64,000 bases of DNA, from assembly GCA_963817445.1 (NCBI GenBank), contig CAWFOG010000028.1, positions 30,379 to 94,378 on the forward strand, read 5' to 3'. Position 1 is the stretch's first letter, and every line of letters begins with the position of its first letter. Positions 48,272 to 57,350 of this stretch are shown one piece after another. This DNA is from an uncultured Gemmatimonadaceae bacterium. Its GTDB lineage: Bacteria > Gemmatimonadota > Gemmatimonadetes > Gemmatimonadales > Gemmatimonadaceae. The notes under the pieces were generated by a model. That model ran no database searches. It saw only the letters and a list, made by a program, of their open reading frames with translations, and was not told the origin of the DNA. Both the position numbers and the translations under genes were made by a program.

Positions 48272-48432
48272 AAAAAAACGCGACACTGCTTGACGCAGAG
48301 TCGCGGAGGGGCACTGAGAGACGCCGGGGGCTTCGCTTAAGTCGTCTACGAGAGGCTTGCTTCCATGATTGTCCTCTGCATCTCCGCCGGTACTCTGCGG
48401 CACTGCGTCCCTTTTTTGTACTTTCTCCTCTT
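48272..48432 (-). repeat. ~150-nt conserved non-coding element S1 in the ccdA 3' region, ending in an intrinsic terminator (48272-48305)
   Basis: Minus strand: gaggagaaagtacaaaaaagggacgcag...gtctctcagtgcccctccgcgactctgcgtcaagcagtgtcgcg + TTTTTTT. The hairpin is CGCGACuCUGC-GUCAA-GCAGuGUCGCG. Confidence 0.65.
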
Positions 48433-48444
48433 TTCAGCAACGTG

Positions 48445-49176
48445 CTATAGAAACCGTCGCAACGCCGCCGGCGTCCACGCCTGCAACACCGTCGTAATCG
48501 CCGTCATGTAGTCGGTGATCATCAACACCCCGACGACCACGAGCAGCGCGCCCGCGATCCGCTCCACCCACACGAGGTGGCGCCTGACCGCCTGAAAGGC
48601 GCGGAGAAACCAGTCGATGGCCACGGCCGCCAGCACGAACGGCACGGCCAGCCCGAGCGAATACGCCAGCAGCAGCACCACCCCGCGCGACAACTGCGCC
48701 TGGCTCGCCGCGTAGGTGAGAATACTGCCGAGAATTGGGCCGATGCACGGGCTCCAGCCCGCGCCAAACGCAATGCCGACGAACACCGTGCCGAGGTAGC
48801 CGAGCGGCTTGTCGGTGAATTGCATGCGGCGCTCGCGGGCAAAAACACCTACCTTGAGGACGCCGAGCAGGTAGAGCCCGAACGTCAACACGAGCAAGCC
48901 GCCGATGCGGCTGACCCATACGCGATACGTGACGAGCAACCGACCGATGAGCGTCGCCGACGCACCGAGCGCCAAGAAGATGAGCGAAAAGCCCGCCACG
49001 AACAGCAACGCGTGGACGAGCGCCACGCGACGCGCGTGCTCGGCGTGCTGCACGTCGTCGAGCGACATCCCCGTAATGAAGGTGATGTAACTCGGAATGA
49101 GCGGCAGCACACAGGGCGAGAGAAAGCTCGCGAGTCCGGCGCCAAAGGCGACGGCAAATCCGACGGTGGGCGACAC
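48445..49176 (-). CDS. ccdA: cytochrome c biogenesis / thiol-disulfide transfer membrane protein CcdA (DsbD-like)
   Basis: FGAGLASFLSPCVLPLIPSYITFITG and ...GWSPCIGPILGSIL. Confidence 0.85.
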   Translation of the reverse strand: MSPTVGFAVAFGAGLASFLSPCVLPLIPSYITFITGMSLDDVQHAEHARRVALVHALLFVAGFSLIFLALGASATLIGRLLVTYRVWVSRIGGLLVLTFGLYLLGVLKVGVFARERRMQFTDKPLGYLGTVFVGIAFGAGWSPCIGPILGSILTYAASQAQLSRGVVLLLAYSLGLAVPFVLAAVAIDWFLRAFQAVRRHLVWVERIAGALLVVVGVLMITDYMTAITTVLQAWTPAALRRFL

Positions 49177-49279
49177 TGAATCTCCTGGCGGCGAGACGGC
49201 CGGTCATTCGTCGCGGAGCACGAGCGCGCCGCCCCCCCGCCACCGGTTCCTGCGTTGGTACTTCGCGCTGAAATATCGC

Positions 49280-50948
49280 GTGTTTCGCCGCGAGCGTCGA
49301 CCGGATGACGGTCGCCGCGGCCTGGTGATGCTGCAGATCGATGCGCTCGCCTATGTCGAACTGCGCCGCGCCATCGAACTCGGATACTGTCCGACGATCT
49401 CGAAAATGGTTCGCGAAGAAGACTACACGCTTCGCCGCTGGTTCTGCGGGCTCCCCTCGGCGACGCCCTACTGTCAGGCCGGCATTTTCTACGGCGAGAA
49501 CGACAACATCCCCGCCTTCCGGTTCTACGACAAACGCGAGCGCCGGGTGGTCACGTGCAATACGCCCGCCGGCGTGCAGTACATTCGCGACCGCATTCAC
49601 GCGCCGGGCGCGCTCGCCGGCGGGTCGAGCTACGTCAATCTGCTCGACGGCGACGCGCAGACCGTCGCGCTGACCGTCGCCACGCGCGAGCGCATGTCCG
49701 TGTTCCAGCGGCTGGGCGGCTGGCGCATGGCGCTGCTCATTCTGCTCCACCCGATCCGCGTCGCCCGCATGGTGTTCCAGGCGGCGCTGGAGTGGCTGCG
49801 CGAAGAGTACGAGCGGTCGGTCGGCGACTTGGCGCGGCGGCGTACGCACAGCGAAGGGTTGTTTCCCTTCGTCCGCGTGTTGAGCAATGTCGTCGTGCGC
49901 GAGCTGCAAACCATGGCCATTCTGCTCGACGTCTACCTCGGCGTGCCGGTCATTTACAGCACGTTCATGCAGTACGACGAGCTGGCGCATCACTTCGGCC
50001 CGTCGAGCTTCCAAGCGCTGCGCGACCTCCGGCGGACCGATGCGCGTCTGCGCGAAATTCGCCGCATGATCGACAACCACGGCGGGCGCGCGTACGACAT
50101 CGTCTTGCTGTCGGATCACGGCATGACGCCGTCGTCGAGCTATCGCGTCCGCTTCGGCGAGACGCTCGGCAAGACGGTCGAACGAATTCTCGAGGGCGTC
50201 GCGGCGAAACGGGGCGAGGCGCCGCTGCGGTCGCGCGCCAGCTACGCGGACACGTCGGAGTACGCCGACATGAGCGCGCAGATCGTCGACGTCGTCGCGC
50301 AGGTGACGCCGCCCACGCAGCGCACGGCCAAACGCGTGCTCATTCGCGTGCGTGACTGGGTGCGAAGCCGATACGGGCTGCGCGAATTGATTTTGCCGGA
50401 GAAATATCGCGTCGAGGATGAGCACGACGTCGTTGTCACGTACAGCTCGTGCCTCGCGCTTCTCTACTTTGCCGACGATGTCGAGCGACTCGACCGCAAC
50501 GACATCGCGCTGGACGCACGGCGCGCAAACCTGTATATCGAATTACTCAACCATCCGGGCGTCGGCCTGCTTGGGAACACGCGACGGTGCGTCGGTCCAC
50601 CTGGAGAGCACGACCGGCCGCGCCGTGATTACCGGCGGTCGACTCGAGGTGCTCGAGGGACATAATCCGCTCGATGTGTACGGCACCGGCGAATCGGTCG
50701 TCCGTGCGGTGGAGCACCTGGTGCAGCAGCCGAACACCGGCGACATCACGATCTTCGGCGCGTACGACGGCTACGAGATCGTCTCGTTCGACGATCAGAT
50801 TGGCGCACACGGAGCGGCGGGCGGCAACCAACTCCACCCGTTCTTGATCGGCCCCGATCATCTTGGTCTGTCGCACGCGCGCATCGACGACGCGCGCGAC
50901 ATTCATCGCGTGGTGATGTCGCGCTATGCCGCACCTGTCAAAGCCTAA
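49280..50948 (+). pseudogene. alkaline-phosphatase-superfamily (type I phosphodiesterase-like) protein, one +1 frame break near 50573
   Basis: LVMLQIDALAYVELRRAIELGYCPT...IPAFRFYDK...YDELAHHFGP...VLLSDHGM in ORF 49097..50665. The continuation GTRDGASVHLESTTGRAVITGG...GAHGAAGGNQLHPFL lies in ORF 50418..50948. The start is uncertain. Confidence 0.65.
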
Positions 50949-50949
50949 C

Positions 50950-51105
50950 GAGGAGTAAGTACAAACAAGGGACGCAGCATCGCAGAGTACAGGGAGAGAC
51001 GCGGAGGAAAACAATGGACGGTAAGCCTCTCGTGGAAGACTCAAGCGCAGTCCTCTGCGTCTCTCAGTGCCCCTCTGCGACTCCGCGTCAAGCAGTTTCG
51101 GCTCG
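50950..51105 (+). repeat. ~150-nt conserved non-coding element S2, inverted copy of S1, in the 3' region of the AP-superfamily gene
   Basis: gaggagtaagtacaaacaagggacgcag...gtctctcagtgcccctctgcgactccgcgtcaagcagtttcgg. Confidence 0.65.
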
Positions 51106-51140
51106 TTCACCAGCCCGCAACCCTTCGAATACATTCCACG

Positions 51141-51782
51141 ATGTCTAAACTGCGTCTTAGAATCTCGATGTCACTCGACGGCTTCGTCGCCGGTATCGAC
51201 CAGAGCGTGAAGAATCCGCTCGGCGTTGGCGGTATGCGATTACACGAATGGGTATTTCCGCTCGCGCTGTTTCGCGAAATGCACGGGCAGTCCGGCGGCG
51301 TGGTGAACGAGAGCACGCCGGTCATGGAGGCGGAACTCGCCAACATCGGCGCGACCGTGATGGGCCGCAACATGTTCGGTGGCCATCCCGGCGACTGGAG
51401 CGCGACGGACCCATGGATGGGCTGGTGGGGAAACAATCCGCCGTTCCATCATCCGGTGTTCGTCGTGACGCACCACGCACGCCCGCCGCTCGTGCTCGAG
51501 GGCGGAACTACGTTCACGTTCGTGACCGACGGCATCGACTCGGCCCTCGCGCAAGCGCGACGCGCGGCAGGCGGCAAGAATGTGTCGCTCGCCGGCGGCG
51601 GCAGCATCGCGAGACAGTATCTCGCCGCGGGCCTCGTGGACGAAATGAACATCCATCTCGTGCCGACATTGCTCGGGCGCGGCGAGCGGCTGTTCGACGA
51701 CGGCCTCGACGACTTGCACGGACTCACGCTGGTGCGGACGACAGTCGCGCCGGCGGTGACACACCTCGAGTTCAGGCGATAG
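51141..51782 (+). CDS. dihydrofolate reductase-like (RibD C-terminal domain) family protein
   Basis: LRISMSLDGFVAG...VMGRNMF...FVVTHH...LAGGGSIARQYLAAGLVDEMNIHLVPTLLGRGERLF. Confidence 0.8.
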   Translation: MSKLRLRISMSLDGFVAGIDQSVKNPLGVGGMRLHEWVFPLALFREMHGQSGGVVNESTPVMEAELANIGATVMGRNMFGGHPGDWSATDPWMGWWGNNPPFHHPVFVVTHHARPPLVLEGGTTFTFVTDGIDSALAQARRAAGGKNVSLAGGGSIARQYLAAGLVDEMNIHLVPTLLGRGERLFDDGLDDLHGLTLVRTTVAPAVTHLEFRR

Positions 51783-51786
51783 TCAA

Positions 51787-53214
51787 CTATCGAGGTTGCC
51801 GCGGCGTCGGTGCCCACGCCGCCGAATCCGCGGCGCTCGCCGGACCGATCTTTCCTTCGACCGACTTCATCAGCGCGTCCGGATCGTAGACGCGGCCTGC
51901 CTTGATCACGACTCGTGGTAGCCGCGCGCGCCGAATGTCGGCCAGCGGGTTGCCGCGCACGACGACGAGGTCGGCCCACTTCCCCGGCTCGATCGATCCA
52001 AGCCGGTCGCCAAATCCCATGGCGCGGGCGCTGTTGATCGTGGCCATGCGCAGCACCGCGGCGTTCGGAATGCCCGAGAGCGACATCGACAGCAGCTCGC
52101 GGTGTATGGAAAAGGGCGTGAAGAATTCGCCCCAACTCGGGTGGTCGGTGCCGAGGGTGATGAGGTCGCCGCCGCCCGCGTCGTAGAACGCCTTCACTTC
52201 CTTACGTTTCGTCCAATATATGTTCTCGAATTGCTGATTCACCGGGCGCGGCGGTGCCGCATCGAGCTTGGCGCGCATGTACGGCGTGAGAAACCGCTTC
52301 TCGTCCGTGAAATACGTGAAGACCTCGGGATCCTTCTTGCCGTAATAGCCGTACGCGCTCAGCGTCGCGTCGAAGTAGACGTGCTGCGTCTTGTACAAGT
52401 CCGCGATCGCGCGAAAGGCCGGCGTGTCGAACGTCATGTGCTCGTACGAGGCATACGCCGACCGATCCGGCGTGAACGCGTCGCCGCCCATGAAGTGTTC
52501 GATGCGATCGATCCCCATGAGGATCGCGTCGCGCGGATTGACGCTGTTGCGAAACCCAGAGTCGAGATGCCCGGTGACCGTGAGCCCGTGCAGATGCGCA
52601 CGCTGGATGAGCGCCCGAAGCTGCTCGGGCGTGATGCCCTTCGCCTTGAACCCCTTCACGCCGAGCGTGGCCCAGTAGTCCACCTCGGAGTCGATTTCCT
52701 GCGTCGTGATCTGTCGATTCCAACCCGGCCGCGCCGTGCCAAAGTACGGACCTGAGTTGAGCAGTCGCGGGCCGGGCTGCTCTCCATTGTCGATGCGAAT
52801 GCGCAACGCGCGCATCGCGTCAGCGTTCATTTCGCCGGCGGGAAAGGTCGACGTCACGCCGTTGGCGAGGAACAACGACGGATACGCGACCGTCTCGTCC
52901 TTGCGGCCGGCGTCGAACAGCTCCATCGCGTAGTGCGCGTGCAAATCGAACAGTCCGGGAATCACCGTCTCGCTGTCGGCCAACTGCACGCGCTCGGCGT
53001 CCGCGCCGGCGATCGACAGATCGCCGCCGACGCGCAGGAACTTCCCAGCGCGAATGAGAATGCCGGGATTGCGAACGCGCGCATTCCCCGTCGACGCAAA
53101 GAGCCAGCCGCCAGTGACGACGACGTCACGCTCCTGCGCGCGGGCAACGCCGCCGAGCCCGGCGACGGCGAGCAACGCGGCGAGCGCCGCACGAATCTTG
53201 CGCCAATCACGCAT
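51787..53214 (-). CDS. secreted amidohydrolase-family metal-dependent hydrolase
   Basis: Signal peptide, then GLFDLHAHY, GITPEQL, HLHGLTVTGHLD and LGTDHPS. Confidence 0.8.
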   Translation of the reverse strand: MRDWRKIRAALAALLAVAGLGGVARAQERDVVVTGGWLFASTGNARVRNPGILIRAGKFLRVGGDLSIAGADAERVQLADSETVIPGLFDLHAHYAMELFDAGRKDETVAYPSLFLANGVTSTFPAGEMNADAMRALRIRIDNGEQPGPRLLNSGPYFGTARPGWNRQITTQEIDSEVDYWATLGVKGFKAKGITPEQLRALIQRAHLHGLTVTGHLDSGFRNSVNPRDAILMGIDRIEHFMGGDAFTPDRSAYASYEHMTFDTPAFRAIADLYKTQHVYFDATLSAYGYYGKKDPEVFTYFTDEKRFLTPYMRAKLDAAPPRPVNQQFENIYWTKRKEVKAFYDAGGGDLITLGTDHPSWGEFFTPFSIHRELLSMSLSGIPNAAVLRMATINSARAMGFGDRLGSIEPGKWADLVVVRGNPLADIRRARLPRVVIKAGRVYDPDALMKSVEGKIGPASAADSAAWAPTPRQPR

Positions 53215-53217
53215 GCG

Positions 53218-55681
53218 TCACGTCGCCCGCAGCGCGCCCAGCGGATCGATCCTGCTCGCGCGCGCGGCGGGAATCCACACGGCGAGCAGCGCGATCGCCG
53301 CCAGCAACAGCGGCACGCCGACGAAGATCAACGGATCGCGCGCCTGAACGCCGAATAACAGACTGCTCATGTAGCGCGACAAGCCGTACGCGCCGCCAAC
53401 GCCGACCACGACGCCGACAATCGCCAGACGCATTCCCTGAAAGACGACCATCGTACGCACGCTGGCCGGCGCGGCGCCGAGCGCCAACCGAACGCCGATC
53501 TCACGCGTGCGCTGCTGCACCGCGTACGCCATCACGCCGTAGATGCCGATCGCCGCCAGCACGAGCGCCGACAGCGCAAAGACCGTCATGAGCAATGAGT
53601 TGAACTGCTCGCGCGACGTGGAGCGAGACACCACCTGATCCATCGATCGAACGTCGGCGACCGGCAGCCCGGTCGCCTCGCGCAGCTGCTGTTGAATGGA
53701 CGGCCGTCAGCGACATCGGCGCCACTCGCGTGCGGATGACCCACTTGATCGGCGAGAGCCGCGTGTTGAGCTGGTTGACGAGATCCGGTTCCTGCGCCTG
53801 CGGAATGAACATCTTGGGCCCCGGATCCTGATTGAGACCATTGTCGCGACTGTCGGCCACGACGCCAATGATCTGGCGATCCGGCTCCGCCGCGAACTCG
53901 CGCATGATGCCGCGCCCGATCACGAGGCGGTCGTTGAGCGGGTTGCCGGTCTTCCAGTATTGCTTGGCCATCGATTCGTTGATGATCGCGACGGCCGGCG
54001 CGCCACTGTTGTCCAAGTCCGTGAATGAGCGACCTTGCAACACCGGGATCTTGAACACTTCGAAGTATCCGGGCGACACGGTCGTCCATGCGCCGCCGCC
54101 GAGCCACGGACCGTTGCCGGTCGGGCGTCCAACCACCTTGAACGGAAGCCCGTACCCGCCCTCGAGCGGCAGACAGCACGCCGCGCTCGCCGACACGACG
54201 CCCGGCAGCGCTCGCAGCCGCTCCACGCCGTCGTGGATCGTCTGGTCGACCGACGCCGAACTCGCGAACCTCGGGCCGGTGAACGACATGCTCATCGTCA
54301 GCACATTGCTCGCGTCGAAGCCGGGCGACACGGAGCGGAGCGCCATCGACGTGCGAATCAGCAGACCGGAGCCGATCACGAGCATGAGCGCCAACGCCAT
54401 CTCGAGCACGACGAGCGTGGAGCGCACGCGATTGTGTCGCCCGCCGCCCGCCGCGCCGGATCCCTCGCGCAGCACGCTGTTGAGGTCCGAGCGCGCCGCG
54501 TGGAACGCGGGCACGACGCCGAACAACAAGCCCGTCGCGACGGACACCGCGAGCGTGAACAATGCGACGCGCCAATCGACCTGCACCTGCCCACCGTTGG
54601 CGCCAACGAGCGGCAGGCCGGCGGTGTTGACCGACAACAGCGCTCGAATGCCCGTCATGCCCAGCGCAAGTCCAAGCGCGCCGCCGACCACCGAGAGCAA
54701 CACGCTCTCGGTCATCAGCTGGCGCACGATGCGCCCGCGGTCGGCGCCCATGGCGGCGCGAATCGCCATTTCGCGTTTCCTCACGGTCGCGCGCACGAGC
54801 AACAGATTCGCGACGTTCGCGCACCGCGATGAGCAGCACGCCCGCCACGGCGCCGAGGAGCACGTTCAGCAGCGATTTCGAATTCCGGACGAAGACGTCA
54901 CGCACCGGTTCCACGCCGAACGCCTCATTCTTGTCGAGCGCGTCGGGAAACTTGCGACGATAGGCGTCGGCGGACGCCTTGAGCCTCACCTGCGCCTGCG
55001 CGAGCGTGACGCCCGGCTTGATGCGGCCGGCGACCATGAAGTAGTGGCCTTGATCGGCCGAGTTGGGATCGAGCTGGAACGGCGTCCACACGTCCGGCAC
55101 GTCACTCGAGCTCCGACGGATCGAAGCCCGCGTGCGAGCACGCCGATCACGACGTACGGATCGCCGCTCAACTGGATCGTCTTGCCGACGATGGCGGGGT
55201 CGGACGCAAAGCGCCGCGTCCACCAACCATTGGAGAGTACGGCGACGCGCGGCCCGTTCGGCCGATCCTCCTCCTTCGAGAAGGTCCGCCCGACCAGCGT
55301 CTTGGCGCCGAGCAGATGGAAGTACGATTGGCTCACCTGACCGGAGGTCAGCTGCTCCGGCATGTCGCCGCCCGTGTAGTTCACAATACCCGTGCGAAAT
55401 GCCGACGCCTCCTGAACGACATCGGTCTGCGACGCCCAGTGCGCGAACTTGGCCGGCGACGCCGCCGGTCCCGATCCCTGCGGCGACGTGTTCATGAAGA
55501 ACACGATGCGATCGGGATCGGGATATGGAAACGGGCGCAACACCACCGCGTCCACGACTGAGAATACGGCGCTCGTCGCGCCGATGCCCAGCGCCAGCGC
55601 GGCGATTGCGGCAAAGGTGAACGCACGCTGCTGGGCGAACATCCGCAGCGAGTATTTGAGATCCTGGAGAAACCGCTCCAC
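53218..55681 (-). pseudogene. ADOP/MacB-type FtsX permease (copy 2), four +1 frame breaks
   Basis: MERFLQDLKYSLRMFAQQRAFTFAAIAALALGIGATSAVF... The protein continues through GFDPSELE, DVPDVWTPFQLD, CANVANLLLVRATVRKREMAIRAAMGA, SIQQQLREATGLPVADVRSMDQVV and ...ARASRIDPLGALRAT in successive +1 frames. Breaks lie at about 55129, 55104, 54824 and 53701. Confidence 0.8.
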
Positions 55682-55752
55682 GAGATACCGTCCCTGCGGA
55701 ATGTTGTGTTGGCGCTACGCCGGAATACCCGCGCGACGGCCCGTCGGGTCCG

Positions 55753-56178
55753 TCACCCGACGGCCGTGTCGCCGACGATCGCTCGTGCCTCGCTTCCGTC
55801 CATGCGAATCGCGTCGTCGACGTCGCCCGCCCGTCGCTGCACACCGCGCACCACGGCATCCACGGTCACCATTGGCGCATCGGCCTCGGCGACGATGCTC
55901 GTCTCCCACTTGCCGCGATCGGCGCCCTTGAGGACGAGCCGATAGCGCGCCGTGTGAACGACGACGCGCGGAACGACCGGCACGACGTCGGCGAGCGGCG
56001 GCTCGATCGCGATCGCGTCGGCCAGCTGCACGCCCTGTTCGACGACGACGGCAACGCCGCTCTCCACGCCGGCCTGGCGGATGGGCGGAAAGAAATGGAT
56101 TTCGGCGATGCGCCCCGCGGGCACGCGCGCCGTGATGGCCAGCAGAAACCGCTCGCGGGTCTCGTCGAGCATTGTCAT
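55753..56178 (-). CDS. hypothetical protein
   Basis: ATG 56178 overlaps the stop of the upstream gene (ATGA). 141 aa with protein-like composition. Confidence 0.45.
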   Translation of the reverse strand: MTMLDETRERFLLAITARVPAGRIAEIHFFPPIRQAGVESGVAVVVEQGVQLADAIAIEPPLADVVPVVPRVVVHTARYRLVLKGADRGKWETSIVAEADAPMVTVDAVVRGVQRRAGDVDDAIRMDGSEARAIVGDTAVG

Positions 56179-57335
56179 CGCGCGGCCGCCGCGGGCGCGC
56201 TCTGTGACGCAACGCCACGCGCCTCGAGCTCGCGCTCGACGTACAATCGCAGAATGTGCATGAAGTCCTGTGCGTTGGTCACAACGCCGAACGCCTGATG
56301 CGTTCCGCGATCCTTCAGTTTGCTCACGACAAACTCCGACGAATCGACGCAGATCGTCGGCAGCTCGCGCATCGTCCCATTGCCTTCGTCGACGAACGCG
56401 GGCAGCATGTTTCCCGTCGCGATCGCGTGGAGCGCCGTGGCGACGAGAATGGCCATCGTCGCCTTGATCGCGTGCTCGCGCATCGCGTCCTGGGCAACGA
56501 GAGCATCTGTGATCACATCGGGCAGCGGTCCATCGTCGCGAATTGATCCGGTGAGCACGAAGGGCACGTCGTGTTTGACACACGAATACATGATTCCGTC
56601 GTTGATGATCCCCTGCGCCACGGCGTTGGCGATCGAGCCCGCCGCGCGCACGCGATTGATCGCGCGCATGTGCAGCCCGTGGCCGCCCTGCGTGATCTCG
56701 CCGGTGTTGGTCATGCCGAGCGTCGTGCCATAAATGGACGCTTCGATGTCGTGCACCGCGACGGCATTGCCGGCGAGCAGCGCGCCGACGTATCCGTTGG
56801 TGATGAACCAGCTCATGTCGGCGCGTGCGCGCGAGTGGACGAGCGCGGGCCCGGTCACCCAGATGGGATAGCCGCCGCGCTCCTTCTCGTCGACGAGCAG
56901 GCGCGCCATGTGCGCGTAGTCGATCGGCTTTTCGCGCGACACTTCGCTGGACATGAACGTGAACGCGTCGGGGTCGGCGCCGTGCGGCACGAGATGCGTT
57001 TGCACGAAGATCCCCTGCGTGCCGTCTTCCTTGTCGCCGACGGCGACCAAGTCGCCGCGCTTGATGCGCCGGCCCTCGCGCACCCACAGCACTCCCGCCT
57101 TGTCCATCACGATGCCCGAATCCATGCGCGGCTCGCGCGGCGCGATCCACGCACCATTCAGGCGCACGAACGTCGGCAGATTCGTCGTCGAAAAGAATCC
57201 GTCGGGAAGCACACCGTCCGACGGCGCGGGTGCGAAGCGCGCGTCAGGGACGCCGGCAAACTGCGGCTGCGAGAAATCCGGAGGCGGGAATGTCGTCACG
57301 GTTGAAATCTCGCCGGTCGTGTGCGACACCGCCAC
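56175..57335 (-). CDS. LOR/SDH-conserved-region family protein (TIGR00300-like; arginine dihydrolase/ornithine cyclodeaminase-type)
   Basis: The 386-aa intact ORF reminded me of the TIGR00300 family (GYPIWVTGPALVHSRA..., NAVAVHDIE..., LTGSIRDDGPLPDV). The assignment is from memory only. Confidence 0.55.
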   Translation of the reverse strand: MAVSHTTGEISTVTTFPPPDFSQPQFAGVPDARFAPAPSDGVLPDGFFSTTNLPTFVRLNGAWIAPREPRMDSGIVMDKAGVLWVREGRRIKRGDLVAVGDKEDGTQGIFVQTHLVPHGADPDAFTFMSSEVSREKPIDYAHMARLLVDEKERGGYPIWVTGPALVHSRARADMSWFITNGYVGALLAGNAVAVHDIEASIYGTTLGMTNTGEITQGGHGLHMRAINRVRAAGSIANAVAQGIINDGIMYSCVKHDVPFVLTGSIRDDGPLPDVITDALVAQDAMREHAIKATMAILVATALHAIATGNMLPAFVDEGNGTMRELPTICVDSSEFVVSKLKDRGTHQAFGVVTNAQDFMHILRLYVERELEARGVASQSAPAAAAR

Positions 57336-57350
57336 AGGCGCGGACGCGGT

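Noticed and set aside
48434-50425. Very long ORFs antisense to, or overlapping, recognised genes (for example 48434..50425, 57321..59819, 60440..62230, 36695..37927, 37924..39123, 39999..41282, 5530..7134, 7298..8569)
   Set aside because: Their translations are Arg/Ala/Pro/Gly-rich and low in complexity, as expected for stop-poor alternative frames in high-GC DNA. Each overlaps a gene with clear family motifs on the other strand or frame.
51014-51148. Small ORF inside element S2 (MDGKPLVEDSSAVLC...)
   Set aside because: The homologous position in S1 reads MEASLS-stop, so the ORF is not conserved between copies.
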